Positions 38,384-52,952 of a stretch of 64,000 nt of DNA are shown here, one piece after another; the stretch's first letter is position 1; each line of letters starts with the position of its first letter. The translations under genes and the position numbers were made by a program. Under the pieces are notes generated by a model that searched no databases, was not told the DNA's origin, and saw only the letters and a list, made by a program, of their open reading frames with translations. This stretch comes from Deltaproteobacteria bacterium (lineage in GTDB: Bacteria > Myxococcota_A > UBA9160 > SMWR01). Location of the stretch: assembly GCA_032128375.1 (NCBI GenBank), contig JAQBGU010000188.1, positions 64,001 to 128,000 on the forward strand, read 5' to 3'.

Positions 38384-39712
38384 TCAGAACAGATCGACAA
38401 TCGTCTGCCAAGTGCTGGGCACTGCGAAGTACAACACGAAGACCAGAAACAGCGGAACCGCGAAGCGCAGCAGATTGTGCCAGATCGGCAGCCAGCTGAG
38501 ACCGTCTGTGCCACGCGCAACCTCGGCCTCCGGATCCGCCATCCACCAGCCGACGAAGATCGCCAGCGCCAGGCCGCCGCCGAGCAGAAAGAGATTGTTG
38601 GCAACCTCGTCGACTGCGCCGAGAATATCGGTGCTCCACGCCGACGGGATTCCGAGGATGGCGATGGCCGTACCGAGCACGCTGGCGGCTCGACGCCGGG
38701 TCCATCCCAGCCCGTCGATCGCGGTTGCAACGACCACTTCGAGCAGCGAGATTGCCGATGTCAGCGCGCCGACCACCAGCGCGGCGAAAAACAGCCCGCC
38801 GACGCCGCGGCCCACGCCTCCCATTTCTGCGAACGCCTTCGGGAGGGTGATGAACAGCGCACCGACTGTGCTTTCGCCGACGTCGCTGGACAGATTCAGC
38901 GCGAAGATCATCGGGAACACGACGAGCCCAGCGATGAACGCGATCCCGACATCGGCAACGGCGATGATCACCGATTCCCTCGGTAGGTTTGTTTCTTGGC
39001 TCAAGTAGCTCGCGAAGGTGAGCATGGCACCCATGCCCAAGCTCAGGCTGAAAAACGCCTGACCTGCAGCGGCCTTCCATACGTCGAGTTCCGATAGCTT
39101 CCCGAAATCGGTATTCAAGTAGTATGTGTAGCCACCCGACGCACCTTCCAATGTCGCCGCATAGAGCGCGAGCCCGACGACGATCGCGAACAAGACGGGC
39201 ATCAAGACCATCGCGGTGCGTTCGATTCCGCCACTCACACCGCGCGCGACGATGTAGATCGTTCCCGCCATGAACGCGACGTGGTAGCCAAACGCATCCC
39301 AGCCCGACGCGACGCTGCTGAAATGCTCTCCGGCGTCCGCATCGAAGCCGACCAAGATACCCGATAGCGCGTAGCGGACCGTCCACCCCGCGATGACCGA
39401 GTAGTAGGACAGGATCAAGAAACCTGCGGCCACAAATACGAGCCCCAGCGGCTTCCAGCTGTTGCCTCCGAAGTGGGCCAATGCGCTGATGGGACTCTTC
39501 TGCGAGCCGCGCCCGAGTGCGAGTTCCGCTAGCAGAACTGGCAGACCGACCAGCAACGTGATGACCAGATACAGCACCACGAACGCGGCCCCGCCGTTTT
39601 CCGCGGTGAGGTAAGAAAAACGCCACATGTTGCCGAGACCGACAGCAGAACCAATGGCGGCCATCACGAAGCCGTAGCGACTCGACCACTGTTCTCTCGG
39701 TTGGCTAGCCAT
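38384..39712 (-). CDS. Sodium-dependent transporter, NSS/SNF family
   Basis: REQWSSR.GF..AAIGSAVGLGNMWRF, NGGAAF and QAFFSLSLG.G. Confidence 0.93.
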   Translation of the reverse strand: MASQPREQWSSRYGFVMAAIGSAVGLGNMWRFSYLTAENGGAAFVVLYLVITLLVGLPVLLAELALGRGSQKSPISALAHFGGNSWKPLGLVFVAAGFLILSYYSVIAGWTVRYALSGILVGFDADAGEHFSSVASGWDAFGYHVAFMAGTIYIVARGVSGGIERTAMVLMPVLFAIVVGLALYAATLEGASGGYTYYLNTDFGKLSELDVWKAAAGQAFFSLSLGMGAMLTFASYLSQETNLPRESVIIAVADVGIAFIAGLVVFPMIFALNLSSDVGESTVGALFITLPKAFAEMGGVGRGVGGLFFAALVVGALTSAISLLEVVVATAIDGLGWTRRRAASVLGTAIAILGIPSAWSTDILGAVDEVANNLFLLGGGLALAIFVGWWMADPEAEVARGTDGLSWLPIWHNLLRFAVPLFLVFVLYFAVPSTWQTIVDLF

Positions 39713-39770
39713 CCGCCCGCAGCATACACCCAAACAGAGCTAGCGTACGGCAACCAGGGACGAGTCGACT

Positions 39771-39812
39771 GTGGACAAATTGATGTGGACAAATTGATGC
39801 GGACAAGTTGAT
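39771..39812. repeat. 14-bp tandem repeat x3 in a divergent intergenic region
   Basis: GTGGACAAATTGAT, GTGGACAAATTGAT and GCGGACAAGTTGAT, read directly. Confidence 0.9.
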
Positions 39813-40566
39813 GCGTGGATCCATTATATTCGACCACATCGCGGTAGGCGTGCGCGACCCGGCAAAGGTGACGCCGCTTTTGGTCGGAGACCTCGGGGGC
39901 GAGCCGGTTGCCGCCGGTCCGGGCGCCGGATTCCTGTGGTACCAGTGGCGATTTGGCGGAGCCGGTGTGCTCGAGGTACTCGAACCGGACGGACCGACCG
40001 ACGGCTTCCTTTACCGCTTTCTCGATTCGCGCGGGCCCGGCATCCACCACGTGACTTTCAAAGTGCCGGATCACGCGGACGCAGTCGATCGCGCCACACA
40101 GCTCGGATACAGCGTGGTTGGATTGAAACTCGACGACCCGGGCTGGAAGGAGGCATTCCTACATCCGAAGCAGGCCCAGGGCATTGTCGTGCAACTTGTC
40201 GAGAGCCGACCTCATCAGGAAGACGAGAGCGGCGATCCCAGTTGGCGACGGCCGTTTCCGCCGGCACCCGAACCGGCCGCAGAGCCGATGGCCCTCGTCG
40301 GCCTGCGGATGACTTCGCACGATCGCGCGCGTGCACTAACACAATGGATGCTACTGCTCGGGGCCGAATGCGATCCCCACTCGGACCCGCTGGTGTTTCG
40401 CTGGGCGAGTTCGCCGATGCGAATCGTCGTCGAGATCGATCCGGATCGCGCGGAGGGCCCGGTGGGCCTCGAATGGTCCGCCGAACATGCGACGCCGATC
40501 CCTGAGTTTGCCAACTCACTGTTGGGTACACCGAACTTTTCGATTTCGACGTCTTTTTCTGGGTGA
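39811..40566 (+). CDS. VOC/glyoxalase family protein (methylmalonyl-CoA epimerase-like)
   Basis: FDHIAVGV, LEVLEP, GPGIHHVTF and EAFLHPKQAQGIVVQLVE. Confidence 0.82.
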   Translation: MRGSIIFDHIAVGVRDPAKVTPLLVGDLGGEPVAAGPGAGFLWYQWRFGGAGVLEVLEPDGPTDGFLYRFLDSRGPGIHHVTFKVPDHADAVDRATQLGYSVVGLKLDDPGWKEAFLHPKQAQGIVVQLVESRPHQEDESGDPSWRRPFPPAPEPAAEPMALVGLRMTSHDRARALTQWMLLLGAECDPHSDPLVFRWASSPMRIVVEIDPDRAEGPVGLEWSAEHATPIPEFANSLLGTPNFSISTSFSG

Positions 40567-40577
40567 CGGATCCCATT

Positions 40578-40608
40578 GGTTGACGAAAGGTTGACGAAGG
40601 TTGACGGA
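40578..40608. repeat. GGTTGACG(A/G)A x3 direct repeat upstream of the radical SAM gene
   Basis: GGTTGACGAAA, GGTTGACGAA and GGTTGACGGA, followed by TATTTTCG x2. Confidence 0.8.
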
Positions 40609-40648
40609 TGCCTATTTTCGTCTTATTTTCGCCTGTCCGAGGTGCGAA

Positions 40649-41773
40649 ATGAAGCCCAATCGGCCAGGCTCCGGTCCTCCCCCGGCTGCGCGTGTGGCCA
40701 TCCGCAGCCGAGGTACAGCCGAGAATCCGCCGAATCGCTTCGAGCGACTGATTGAAGTTGCGGACGGGGAATTTCTCGACTCCGAGCGTCTGCCCGATCC
40801 ATTCAGCGATTCCGACGCCGTCCCCCAGATCCGCACGGAGTATTTTCAGGACCCCTCGCGCACGATCATTGCGTTCAACAAGAGCCCCGACCTGCACTTC
40901 GACGCCAGCCTCAACCCATACCGCGGCTGCGAACACGGATGCATCTACTGTTATGCGCGTCCCAGCCACGAATATCTCGGCTTCTCCGCCGGATTGGAAT
41001 TCGAATCGAAGATCCTGGTCAAGACCGACGCACCGCGATTGCTCCAAGACAAGCTCGGGTCGCGCAGTTGGAAGCCTCAGGTCGTCGCGATCGGTGCGAA
41101 CACCGACCCCTATCAGCCAATCGAAGCCAAACTGAAGATCACGCGCGGTTGTCTGGAAGTATTTGCGGAGTTTCGAAACCCGGTTGCGATCGTCACGAAG
41201 GGGTCACTCGTCACGCGTGACAGCGATGTGCTCGCTCAGCTGGCGCGTTTCGACGCGGCCGCGGTCAATGTCAGCATCACAACCCTCGATCGCGATCTGG
41301 GACGTATCATGGAGCCGCGCGCAGCCCCGCCGCGTCGTCGGCTAGAGACAGTTGCGGAGCTCACCCGCCAGAAAATCCCGGTGGGCGTCATGCTTGCGCC
41401 GATCATTCCAGGACTGACCGATCACGAAATACCCGCCATCGTAGAGGCCGCGACCCGCGCGGGTGCGCAGTGGGTCGCGCACGTCGTGCTCCGGCTGCCC
41501 CACGGCGTCGGTCCGCTGTTCGAGGCCTGGTTGCAACGGCACTTCCCCGATCGGGCGAGCAAGGTCATGAACCGCGTGCGCGAGCTGCGCGGCGGTCGCA
41601 TCAACGATCCACGCTTCCACAGCCGGATGCGCGGGGAGGGAGTATTCGCCGAGCAAATACACTCGATGATGGCACTCGCCCTGCGGCGAGCCGGTACGCC
41701 CAACGCCCGTCCGTCGTTGTCCACCGACGCGTTTCGTCAGGCCTCTGACAAGCAGCTCCCGCTATTTGGCTGA
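40649..41773 (+). CDS. PA0069-family radical SAM protein (spore photoproduct lyase-like)
   Basis: NPPNRFE, NPYRGCEHGCIYCYARP, NTDPYQP, APIIPGLTD and a C-terminal QLPLF. SD GAGGTG upstream. Confidence 0.9.
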   Translation: MKPNRPGSGPPPAARVAIRSRGTAENPPNRFERLIEVADGEFLDSERLPDPFSDSDAVPQIRTEYFQDPSRTIIAFNKSPDLHFDASLNPYRGCEHGCIYCYARPSHEYLGFSAGLEFESKILVKTDAPRLLQDKLGSRSWKPQVVAIGANTDPYQPIEAKLKITRGCLEVFAEFRNPVAIVTKGSLVTRDSDVLAQLARFDAAAVNVSITTLDRDLGRIMEPRAAPPRRRLETVAELTRQKIPVGVMLAPIIPGLTDHEIPAIVEAATRAGAQWVAHVVLRLPHGVGPLFEAWLQRHFPDRASKVMNRVRELRGGRINDPRFHSRMRGEGVFAEQIHSMMALALRRAGTPNARPSLSTDAFRQASDKQLPLFG

Positions 41774-41857
41774 CGCCAAGCGGCGCGCGACCCGACCCAC
41801 TCGCCTCCAGCTTCGACACCTCGCGCGGCTGCGGCGCTTAGAGACCGCAGTCGCGAG

Positions 41858-42844
41858 TCAAGCAGAGAGGAACCGATCTGGAGAACCGCACATGCAAACG
41901 CGGCGGGCGTCGATCACCTCCAGCCGCGTTCTTGGACCGGGTATGCACACCTGTGGCTCTAGTGATGCTGCGGCGACATCAACGAATGCTCCTGAATCGG
42001 TGGGAGGGAGAGCTACGCGTTGTGCAAACGCCCGCATGCCCGCCAACCAATCGCGCGATCGTTGCCAGGGCGCAACCACGATTCGATCCACTCCGATCTC
42101 TTGCCAGCGGCGAGGGTCGTCGCAGCCATCGAGTGTGCCGCTGATCGTCACCTCGAATCGCGGATCGGACCGACCCTCCTGGTGTCGAAGTCGTTGCAAC
42201 TGAACTACACGTTCGTGTGCAGTTTTGTAGTCGTGGGCCAGTCCGTACCAGCCGTCTCCCGCTCGTGCTGCGCGCAGCAGCGCTGCGTCGGATTCACCAC
42301 CGACGTGAATCTTCGGCCACGGGCGCTGGACGGGTTTCGGCTCGAACATGACCGGATCGAAATCGAAGAACTCACCACGGTGTTCGACGACGTCCTCGCT
42401 CCAAAGCCGTTTGCAGATGGCCAACGCCTCATCGAGCCTGCGTCCGCGCGTACGCGGGTCGAGCCCGGCAGCGGTCCACTCGCTGCGCAGCCAGCCGGCC
42501 CCGATCCCGATCTCCGCGCGACCGCCGGACGCAATGTCGAGTGTCTGAATCGCCCGGGCGGAGGCGAATGGGTGGCGAAGTCCCAACAAGTACACGTTCG
42601 TACCCAGCCGAATCGTCGACGTCTTGCCGGCCAGGAAACACAGATACGAAAGCGCGTCGAATACCGGCGTCGACGGCGGTACGGGTGGCGCGTCCTGGCC
42701 CGGGTGTGGCGAACCGGACATGTCGACGGGGAAGACCAGGTGCTCCGCCATCCAGACCGACTCGAAGCCGAGGCGCTCCGCTTCCCGTGTCGCCTCGAGG
42801 TGAAATGCCGGATGAAGCCGACTGAGCGCGATCCCGTATTTCAT
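41858..42844 (-). CDS. LLM-class (probably F420-dependent) oxidoreductase
   Basis: AERLGFESVWMAEH, IRLGTNV, LDIASGGR, GIGAGW, PKPVQRP and GGES. Confidence 0.88.
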   Translation of the reverse strand: MKYGIALSRLHPAFHLEATREAERLGFESVWMAEHLVFPVDMSGSPHPGQDAPPVPPSTPVFDALSYLCFLAGKTSTIRLGTNVYLLGLRHPFASARAIQTLDIASGGRAEIGIGAGWLRSEWTAAGLDPRTRGRRLDEALAICKRLWSEDVVEHRGEFFDFDPVMFEPKPVQRPWPKIHVGGESDAALLRAARAGDGWYGLAHDYKTAHERVVQLQRLRHQEGRSDPRFEVTISGTLDGCDDPRRWQEIGVDRIVVAPWQRSRDWLAGMRAFAQRVALPPTDSGAFVDVAAASLEPQVCIPGPRTRLEVIDARRVCMCGSPDRFLSA

Positions 42845-42866
42845 CGGCAAGGCTCGGCCAGAATAT

Positions 42867-43943
42867 CTACCAACCGGCCAGTTGCGCAGCGCGCTCGCGG
42901 TGCACAGACGGCGTACCCAAGAACGCCCGGTTGAACATGGAGCGCTTGAACCACAACTGAACGTCGCACTCCCAGGTGAAGCCGATTCCACCGTGGGCTT
43001 CCACCGCGTCGCGAGCGATCTGCATCACGCGGTCGGAGATGTGAGCCTTCGCGAGCGCAGCGGCTCGTTCCGACTCGTGCCCGATGTGGTCGAACGCGTG
43101 CGCGGCGTACCAGAAGAGTCCCCGCGACGGCTCGAGTTCGACCGCCATGTTTGCGAGTTGGTGCTTGACGGCCTGAAAGTGCTCGATCGTCACGCCGAAC
43201 TGCTCGCGCGTCTTCGCATACTTGACGCTCATGTCGACCAACCGCGATCCGCTACCAAACGCGTCTGCCGCGAGCAACACCAAAGCAGCGTCGCGCACGC
43301 GGCCCGCCTGCGCGGTTCCCTCGGGCAGTGCGTCGCACGGAGTCGATTCGAACGTAACGGCGTCGATCCGCCGAGACCGATCGACACCTTCGATCGCTTG
43401 GATCTGCAATCCGGCCGCGGTCTTTTCGACCAGAGCCAGCCCGCCTCCTGCGACACCGACCACGATCACATCCGCGATCGATGCGTATGGAACATTCAAC
43501 TTGACTCCATTGAGTGTATCCCCGCCACTGAGCGCCCAGTCTTCCGGTTGCCATGCACCGCCGGATTCACCGAACGCCAGCGTTCCGATCGCATCACCGG
43601 TGGCCAGCCGAGGCAGCCAATTTTTCTTTTGCTCGTCGCTGCCGGCGAGTTGGATCGCCAGCCCGGCGAGCACGTGACCGAAGAACGGCCCCGGTGCGCC
43701 GCCATAGCCCAAGGATTCCGCGACCAGCGCGAGGTCGATGATTTCGAGGCCCGCGCCGCCGTACTGTTCGTCGAGATGCAGCCCAGCGAGCCCGAGTTCC
43801 ACCATCCCCTTCCACAGCGATGCATCGAACCCGGTCTCGGACTCGAACACCTCGCGCAAGTGGGTGGGTGGACATTCGTTCGTCATGAACTGCCGGATCG
43901 TGTCCTGCAGAAGTTCCTGCTCTTCCGAAATATCGAAATTCAT
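42867..43943 (-). CDS. Acyl-CoA dehydrogenase (short partner subunit)
   Basis: YAKTREQFG...FQAVKHQLA and HGGIGFTWE. Confidence 0.9.
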   Translation of the reverse strand: MNFDISEEQELLQDTIRQFMTNECPPTHLREVFESETGFDASLWKGMVELGLAGLHLDEQYGGAGLEIIDLALVAESLGYGGAPGPFFGHVLAGLAIQLAGSDEQKKNWLPRLATGDAIGTLAFGESGGAWQPEDWALSGGDTLNGVKLNVPYASIADVIVVGVAGGGLALVEKTAAGLQIQAIEGVDRSRRIDAVTFESTPCDALPEGTAQAGRVRDAALVLLAADAFGSGSRLVDMSVKYAKTREQFGVTIEHFQAVKHQLANMAVELEPSRGLFWYAAHAFDHIGHESERAAALAKAHISDRVMQIARDAVEAHGGIGFTWECDVQLWFKRSMFNRAFLGTPSVHRERAAQLAGW

Positions 43944-43946
43944 CTG

Positions 43947-45155
43947 CTACGAGCTCCTATTCGCGGCGCTGTCCCGCGGAAGACCAAGGCCGCGCTCGCC
44001 AATCACGTTGCGCTGGATATTGGCGGTACCACCGGCCACTGCGATCCCGAGCGAGTACATGTATTGGGTGATCCACGAGCGATTGTCGCTGGGCCGATAT
44101 CCCGCTCGACTCGTTGAAGTCGGGTCGAGCAGGCCATCGTCGCCCAGCAGATCGAGCGCCAACTTGGACACCTGGTGGCTGATGTTGGTCGAATTGAGCT
44201 TGTTCATCATTTGGATGATGCCGGGGTCTTCGCCACGCGCGTTCTTGGTCATCTGGCGGTAACCCGAATACTCGTGCGCTCGGACGTATCCCTCGATCTC
44301 GGCAAGCCGTTGTCGAACCGACGGGTCTTCGATGTTGGGGCGACCGCCGCGGCTCGTCGACTTCGCGAGGTGCAAGATGCCTTGGAACATCGCACTCGAT
44401 TGCGCCGCTGCACCTATCGAGTTTCGTTCGTGCTTCAGCGTTGTTCGCGAAACCAACCAGCCTTCACCGCGTTTGCCGACAATCCAGTCCTTCGGCGTTC
44501 GGACATCGGTCAAGAAAACTTCGTTGAAGTCGGAACCCCCGGTCATCTGCTTCAGCGGACGCACATCCATTCCTTCCTGCTTCATGTCGATCAGCAGGTA
44601 CGAAATGCCGGCGTGCTTCGACGCATCGGGTTCCGTGCGCACCAGACAGAACATGTAATCTGCGTCGACGGCACCGCTCGTCCAGATCTTCTGTCCGTTG
44701 ATCACCCACTCGTCGCCGATGAGTTCGCCGCGGGTCTTCAGTGAAGCGAGATCACTCCCCGACCCCGGTTCGCTGTAGCCCTGACACCACGTGAGGTCTC
44801 CGCGGGTGGTGGGCGGGACGAACTTCTCCTTCTGCCACGCCGCGCCGCGTTCGAGCAGCGTGGGGACCAGCATCATCGTGCCGATTCCGGGCGGATCCAT
44901 CGGCGCACGGGCGCGGGTGAATTCTTCCCGAAGAATGGCCCCGCGGATCTCGTCTGCGGGCTGTTCAGAGCCGCCGTACTGCTTGGGGATCGAACGGCGC
45001 AGGTACCCCCTCGCAGTGGCGTCGTCGCGAAACTGCCCGATCTCTTCCTTCGTCGGGTAGCGATCCTTGTCGCCAGCGGGGGGCCAAGTCGAACTCAGAA
45101 AGCTCCGCACCTCTTCGCGAAACTCGTCGTACTGCTTGCCATAACTCAGGTCCAT
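43947..45155 (-). CDS. Acyl-CoA dehydrogenase
   Basis: WCQGYSEPGSGSDLASL, INGQKIWTS, FNEVFL, TLKHER and AGGTANIQRN. Confidence 0.92.
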   Translation of the reverse strand: MDLSYGKQYDEFREEVRSFLSSTWPPAGDKDRYPTKEEIGQFRDDATARGYLRRSIPKQYGGSEQPADEIRGAILREEFTRARAPMDPPGIGTMMLVPTLLERGAAWQKEKFVPPTTRGDLTWCQGYSEPGSGSDLASLKTRGELIGDEWVINGQKIWTSGAVDADYMFCLVRTEPDASKHAGISYLLIDMKQEGMDVRPLKQMTGGSDFNEVFLTDVRTPKDWIVGKRGEGWLVSRTTLKHERNSIGAAAQSSAMFQGILHLAKSTSRGGRPNIEDPSVRQRLAEIEGYVRAHEYSGYRQMTKNARGEDPGIIQMMNKLNSTNISHQVSKLALDLLGDDGLLDPTSTSRAGYRPSDNRSWITQYMYSLGIAVAGGTANIQRNVIGERGLGLPRDSAANRSS

Positions 45156-45496
45156 CGAGATTCTCCTGAAGTGCGGGGATGCAGTTCGGGACGTCGCCCG
45201 AGCGCCCTGCCGTCGAATTTGTCATGGGGTGTATTGACAGTCAGCGCGTCAGTATAACCGGTTCGAGCCGGGATTCGATCTCGCCTCGGATGCGACCTTC
45301 TGGTGGCCGTTCAGCAGTGGCCCGTCTGCGACTTCCCTTCGCGAACATTGCGTGGATCTCATGCGACCCCAGGCCCGCTAGCCCGGCGCCTCAGCGCGAA
45401 TTCTTCGCATTCTTCGTCTTCGCCCCGCTTCACTTCGTGTACCGTCGTTCGGAATGATGCACGTCGGCCACACATGAGTGACGACGGAGGTTCCTC

Positions 45497-46264
45497 ATGA
45501 GCGCTGAAGGGCGACACGAGATCAGAACAGAGAACGAAAAAGGCAGCCGAACTGAGAAACACAGCAGCGCCGTCGTTCTCTTGAGCGGTGGTTTGGATTC
45601 GACCACTACGCTGGCGATCGCGAAGCAACAGGGCTTTGACATCCATGCCATGACCTTCCGGTACGGGCAGCCGCATCAAATCGAAATCGAAGCCGCGCGG
45701 CGCGTCACCGAGCACTTCGGTGTAGTGGAGCATGTGATCGTAGATTTCGACCTGCGACTCTTCGGCGGATCTGCGCTCACCAGCGATCTCGCCATACCCA
45801 AGGGGCGCTCCATCGAAGAGATGGCTTCAGGCATCCCGATCACCTACGTCCCGGCGCGTAACACGATTTTCCTGTCCTTCGCCCTCGCGTGGGCGGAAGT
45901 CTTGAAGTGCGAAGACATCTTCATCGGTGTAAATGCATTGGACTACAGCGGCTATCCGGACTGCCGGCCGGAGTACATCGAGGCCTACCAGCAGATGGCC
46001 AACCTGGCTACGCGCGAAGGCGTAGAGGGTCGTCAACGATTGACTATCCACACGCCGCTGCTCCAACTCACGAAGGCACAGATCGTTCGCCGTGGACTCG
46101 AGCTCGGTGTCGACTACAGCCTCACCTGCACCTGCTACGACCCGTCGTCAGCGGGTGAAGCGTGTGGAGAGTGCGACGCCTGCCTGCTTCGGCTGAAGGG
46201 ATTCGCCGAGAACGGACTGCGGGATCCAGTTCGCTACCGAAAGGATCCACAGGCGTCCGCTTGA
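45497..46264 (+). CDS. queC: 7-cyano-7-deazaguanine (preQ0) synthase
   Basis: [25 protein letters not shown] and Zn ligands TCY...CGECDAC. SD GGAGG upstream. Confidence 0.95.
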   Translation: MSAEGRHEIRTENEKGSRTEKHSSAVVLLSGGLDSTTTLAIAKQQGFDIHAMTFRYGQPHQIEIEAARRVTEHFGVVEHVIVDFDLRLFGGSALTSDLAIPKGRSIEEMASGIPITYVPARNTIFLSFALAWAEVLKCEDIFIGVNALDYSGYPDCRPEYIEAYQQMANLATREGVEGRQRLTIHTPLLQLTKAQIVRRGLELGVDYSLTCTCYDPSSAGEACGECDACLLRLKGFAENGLRDPVRYRKDPQASA

Positions 46265-47210
46265 TTGACGACGACGCGCCCGTCCATTCCGCTGACGACG
46301 AACCTGACGACGTCGTTGATCAGGCGCTGGTGAGCCTGGCTAAGGAGCTGGCCGAGCAGCTGGCCGACCGCTATCGCATCGAACCCGAAAACGCCTATAT
46401 GTCGTTTGTCGAGTCGTGGTTGAACAATCGACCGCTGCGAGAACAAGCCGCTCGCGAATCTGATCATCGGCGCTTGAAGCGAACCCGCGCCTACAAGCAA
46501 GCAGCAGATAAGGTCAAGACGATCACCTACAACAGCCTTCGGAAATACAAACAACAAACACAACAGATGGCAGAAGGTGTGGACGCACTCGGCGAGCTTG
46601 CCAATGAAGGTGTCGACCCGAAAGACCCCCGCGCCATCGCTGCCCGCGAGCGAATCGTCGCCTCGCATGTCAGCACGCGCGAGCGACTGCCCGATCTCGA
46701 AGCTTTCCTCGCCGCGCTTTTCGAGCTGGCCCCAGAGCCGACGAGCATCCTGGATATCGGCTGCGGTCTGCAGCCCCTCCTCTACCCGTTCGAACGTGAC
46801 GGTGGTGTCACGTCGCACTACCTCGCCCTCGACAAGGACAGCTCGATCGTCGCGGCCGTCAACGGCTGGGGGCGACTCGTCGGCGGGCGGCGTCTGCAAG
46901 CGCGGCGCTGGTCTCTATCCGAGGGATTCGAAAGCGTGATCGGCCCCGAGTCCGACGGAATCTTCTCACTCGCTCTGGGCCTGAAACTGATCCCAGTGCT
47001 GGCGCGGCAGGAGCGCAACCAGTTGCCACTGTTTCGAGACATTCCCGCACGGCGTTTCCTGATCAGCGGTGCACGCGAATCGATGGTCAAACGCCGGAAC
47101 ATCGAACGGCGCGAAAGAGCCAGCCTGCTCGCCTTCGCCGACGCATTGGGCTTTCAAGTCCTCGGAACACTCGAAACTGGGAGCGAGCTGGGTCTGCTGC
47201 TGGAGACCCG

Positions 47211-47214
<4 letters not shown>
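46261..47214 (+). CDS. Divergent ArmA/Rmt/Sgm (FmrO)-like SAM methyltransferase
   Basis: [46 protein letters not shown] and a C-terminal SEL. TTG start overlaps the queC stop (TTGA). Confidence 0.72.
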
Positions 47215-51489
<4,275 letters not shown>

Positions 51490-51578
51490 CTAATCCAATG
51501 CCCACAGCCGGTCGTTGAAATTTTCTGCGGGAGCCGGGTGACGGGAGGAATGATTCAGCCGCCCGCTACAATCGACGG

Positions 51579-52952
51579 CTACAGGTCATGGTCCGCGACC
51601 GGAGGTTCCGACCGGGCCAACTCGCGGCGCAACGCATCCGCCTCGCGAGCGACTTGCTGGCCCTTCCATGAATTCAGCGGGTAAAGCTCTTCCGCGAGTT
51701 CGAGCAGTCTCAGCGCTTCTGTACGGCGCGAGTCGGCAATCATCAGCCCAGCGACGATCCGCGCCGCATCGGCGAAATGGGAATCGAGCCCGCTGGCCTG
51801 ACGCGCCCAGCCCGCAGCGAGCTGGCGCGAGACCCCGATGTTTTGGGCTTCTTCGATTCCGGCAGCGCGGAACCCCAGGTTTGCGCTGAGCGCGCCGAGG
51901 TACGCATCGATGGCGCGTCGCAGATCGATGAACGGCAACACGTTGTGCTCGATCCCACCGGGTCCGAACGATCGTGCCAGCATGGCCTGGGCGATCCGGT
52001 AGCTGCCCATGTCAAGCTTGAACGACGTGCCGGTCGGGTTCATCAACGACTCTTCCTCATCGAGCACGTGAATCGCGCCGTACAGGTGCAGCAGTTCGTG
52101 CGATAGCACGCGGCTCTGGCACGCCCCCGGTTCCATGCGAATCGCCAGTGAGCGGCCGAGCAACTCGGCGACTCCCTTTTTCCAGACACCCGGCAAGGGC
52201 GGAACCGGACGCCCGGTGATTACAGCCGCAATACCCTCCTCTGGAGGTGAAACCTTCTCTACGAAGTCGCGATACATCGCATCCAGATCGTCTGCTTGCC
52301 CGCCCGGATCGAATGCACTGATCGCGATCGGAACAAAGCGCGTCTTCAGAACTTCATCGAGTGAGTTCGACGCGGAAAGCCACGCCGTGCGCAGCGCGAA
52401 ACGCCACCCGGCGCTCGAGCGCAGCGCAGCGTCGGCGTACACATGAACCGGAACCACACGCCGCGCGCGCCAATTGGGGCTTCTCTCTCGAAGCATCAGC
52501 AGCGCCTCGAGGGCAGAAGCCGGATCCAGATCGGCGAGCCACACCGCCTTTTCGAGTAGCTCGAGCGATTCATCGAGTCGGCCGTCCTGCGCGAGCGCCT
52601 CTCCGCCACGCACGAGCGCCGCCGGATCATAGGGGTGATCCATCGCGCGGCGAATCCTCGCCTGCCGGTCGGCCAACGCGTCTCGTGGCGCGGGTCCCGA
52701 CAGTTCGGACAATCGAGCATGACTGGCCGGATGCGTCGAGTCGAGCTCCAACACATTAGTGAGCGAGCGGATTTCGGCATCGTGGTCGGCGATGCTGCGT
52801 TCAGCAGCTGCTCGGGCCAACCACGTCGCCACCGAATCCTCGTGAAGTGATTCGGCAGCGGCCAACGAACTAATCAGGGCGGCGGCGAGAGCACACATTC
52901 CAACAGAGACGGAGTGGTTATGCATATTCGAACGACTCGAAGCGGGGATCAC
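51579..52952 (-). CDS. Exported TPR-like protein with a metzincin-type Zn-peptidase motif
   Basis: Signal-like N-terminus, helical repeats, and HELLHLYGAIH followed by SLM (Met-turn). GTG start overlaps the sucA stop, with an alternative ATG at 52925. Confidence 0.65.
   Translation of the reverse strand: MIPASSRSNMHNHSVSVGMCALAAALISSLAAAESLHEDSVATWLARAAAERSIADHDAEIRSLTNVLELDSTHPASHARLSELSGPAPRDALADRQARIRRAMDHPYDPAALVRGGEALAQDGRLDESLELLEKAVWLADLDPASALEALLMLRERSPNWRARRVVPVHVYADAALRSSAGWRFALRTAWLSASNSLDEVLKTRFVPIAISAFDPGGQADDLDAMYRDFVEKVSPPEEGIAAVITGRPVPPLPGVWKKGVAELLGRSLAIRMEPGACQSRVLSHELLHLYGAIHVLDEEESLMNPTGTSFKLDMGSYRIAQAMLARSFGPGGIEHNVLPFIDLRRAIDAYLGALSANLGFRAAGIEEAQNIGVSRQLAAGWARQASGLDSHFADAARIVAGLMIADSRRTEALRLLELAEELYPLNSWKGQQVAREADALRRELARSEPPVADHDL

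Noticed and set aside
39771..39812. CRISPR array or replication origin
   Set aside because: Units are 14 bp and abut without spacers. No cas or dnaA genes and no AT-rich unwinding region.
45156..45496. preQ1 riboswitch upstream of queC
   Set aside because: No class I-like short stem with an A-rich 3' tail is visible. An Infernal scan would be needed to exclude other classes.
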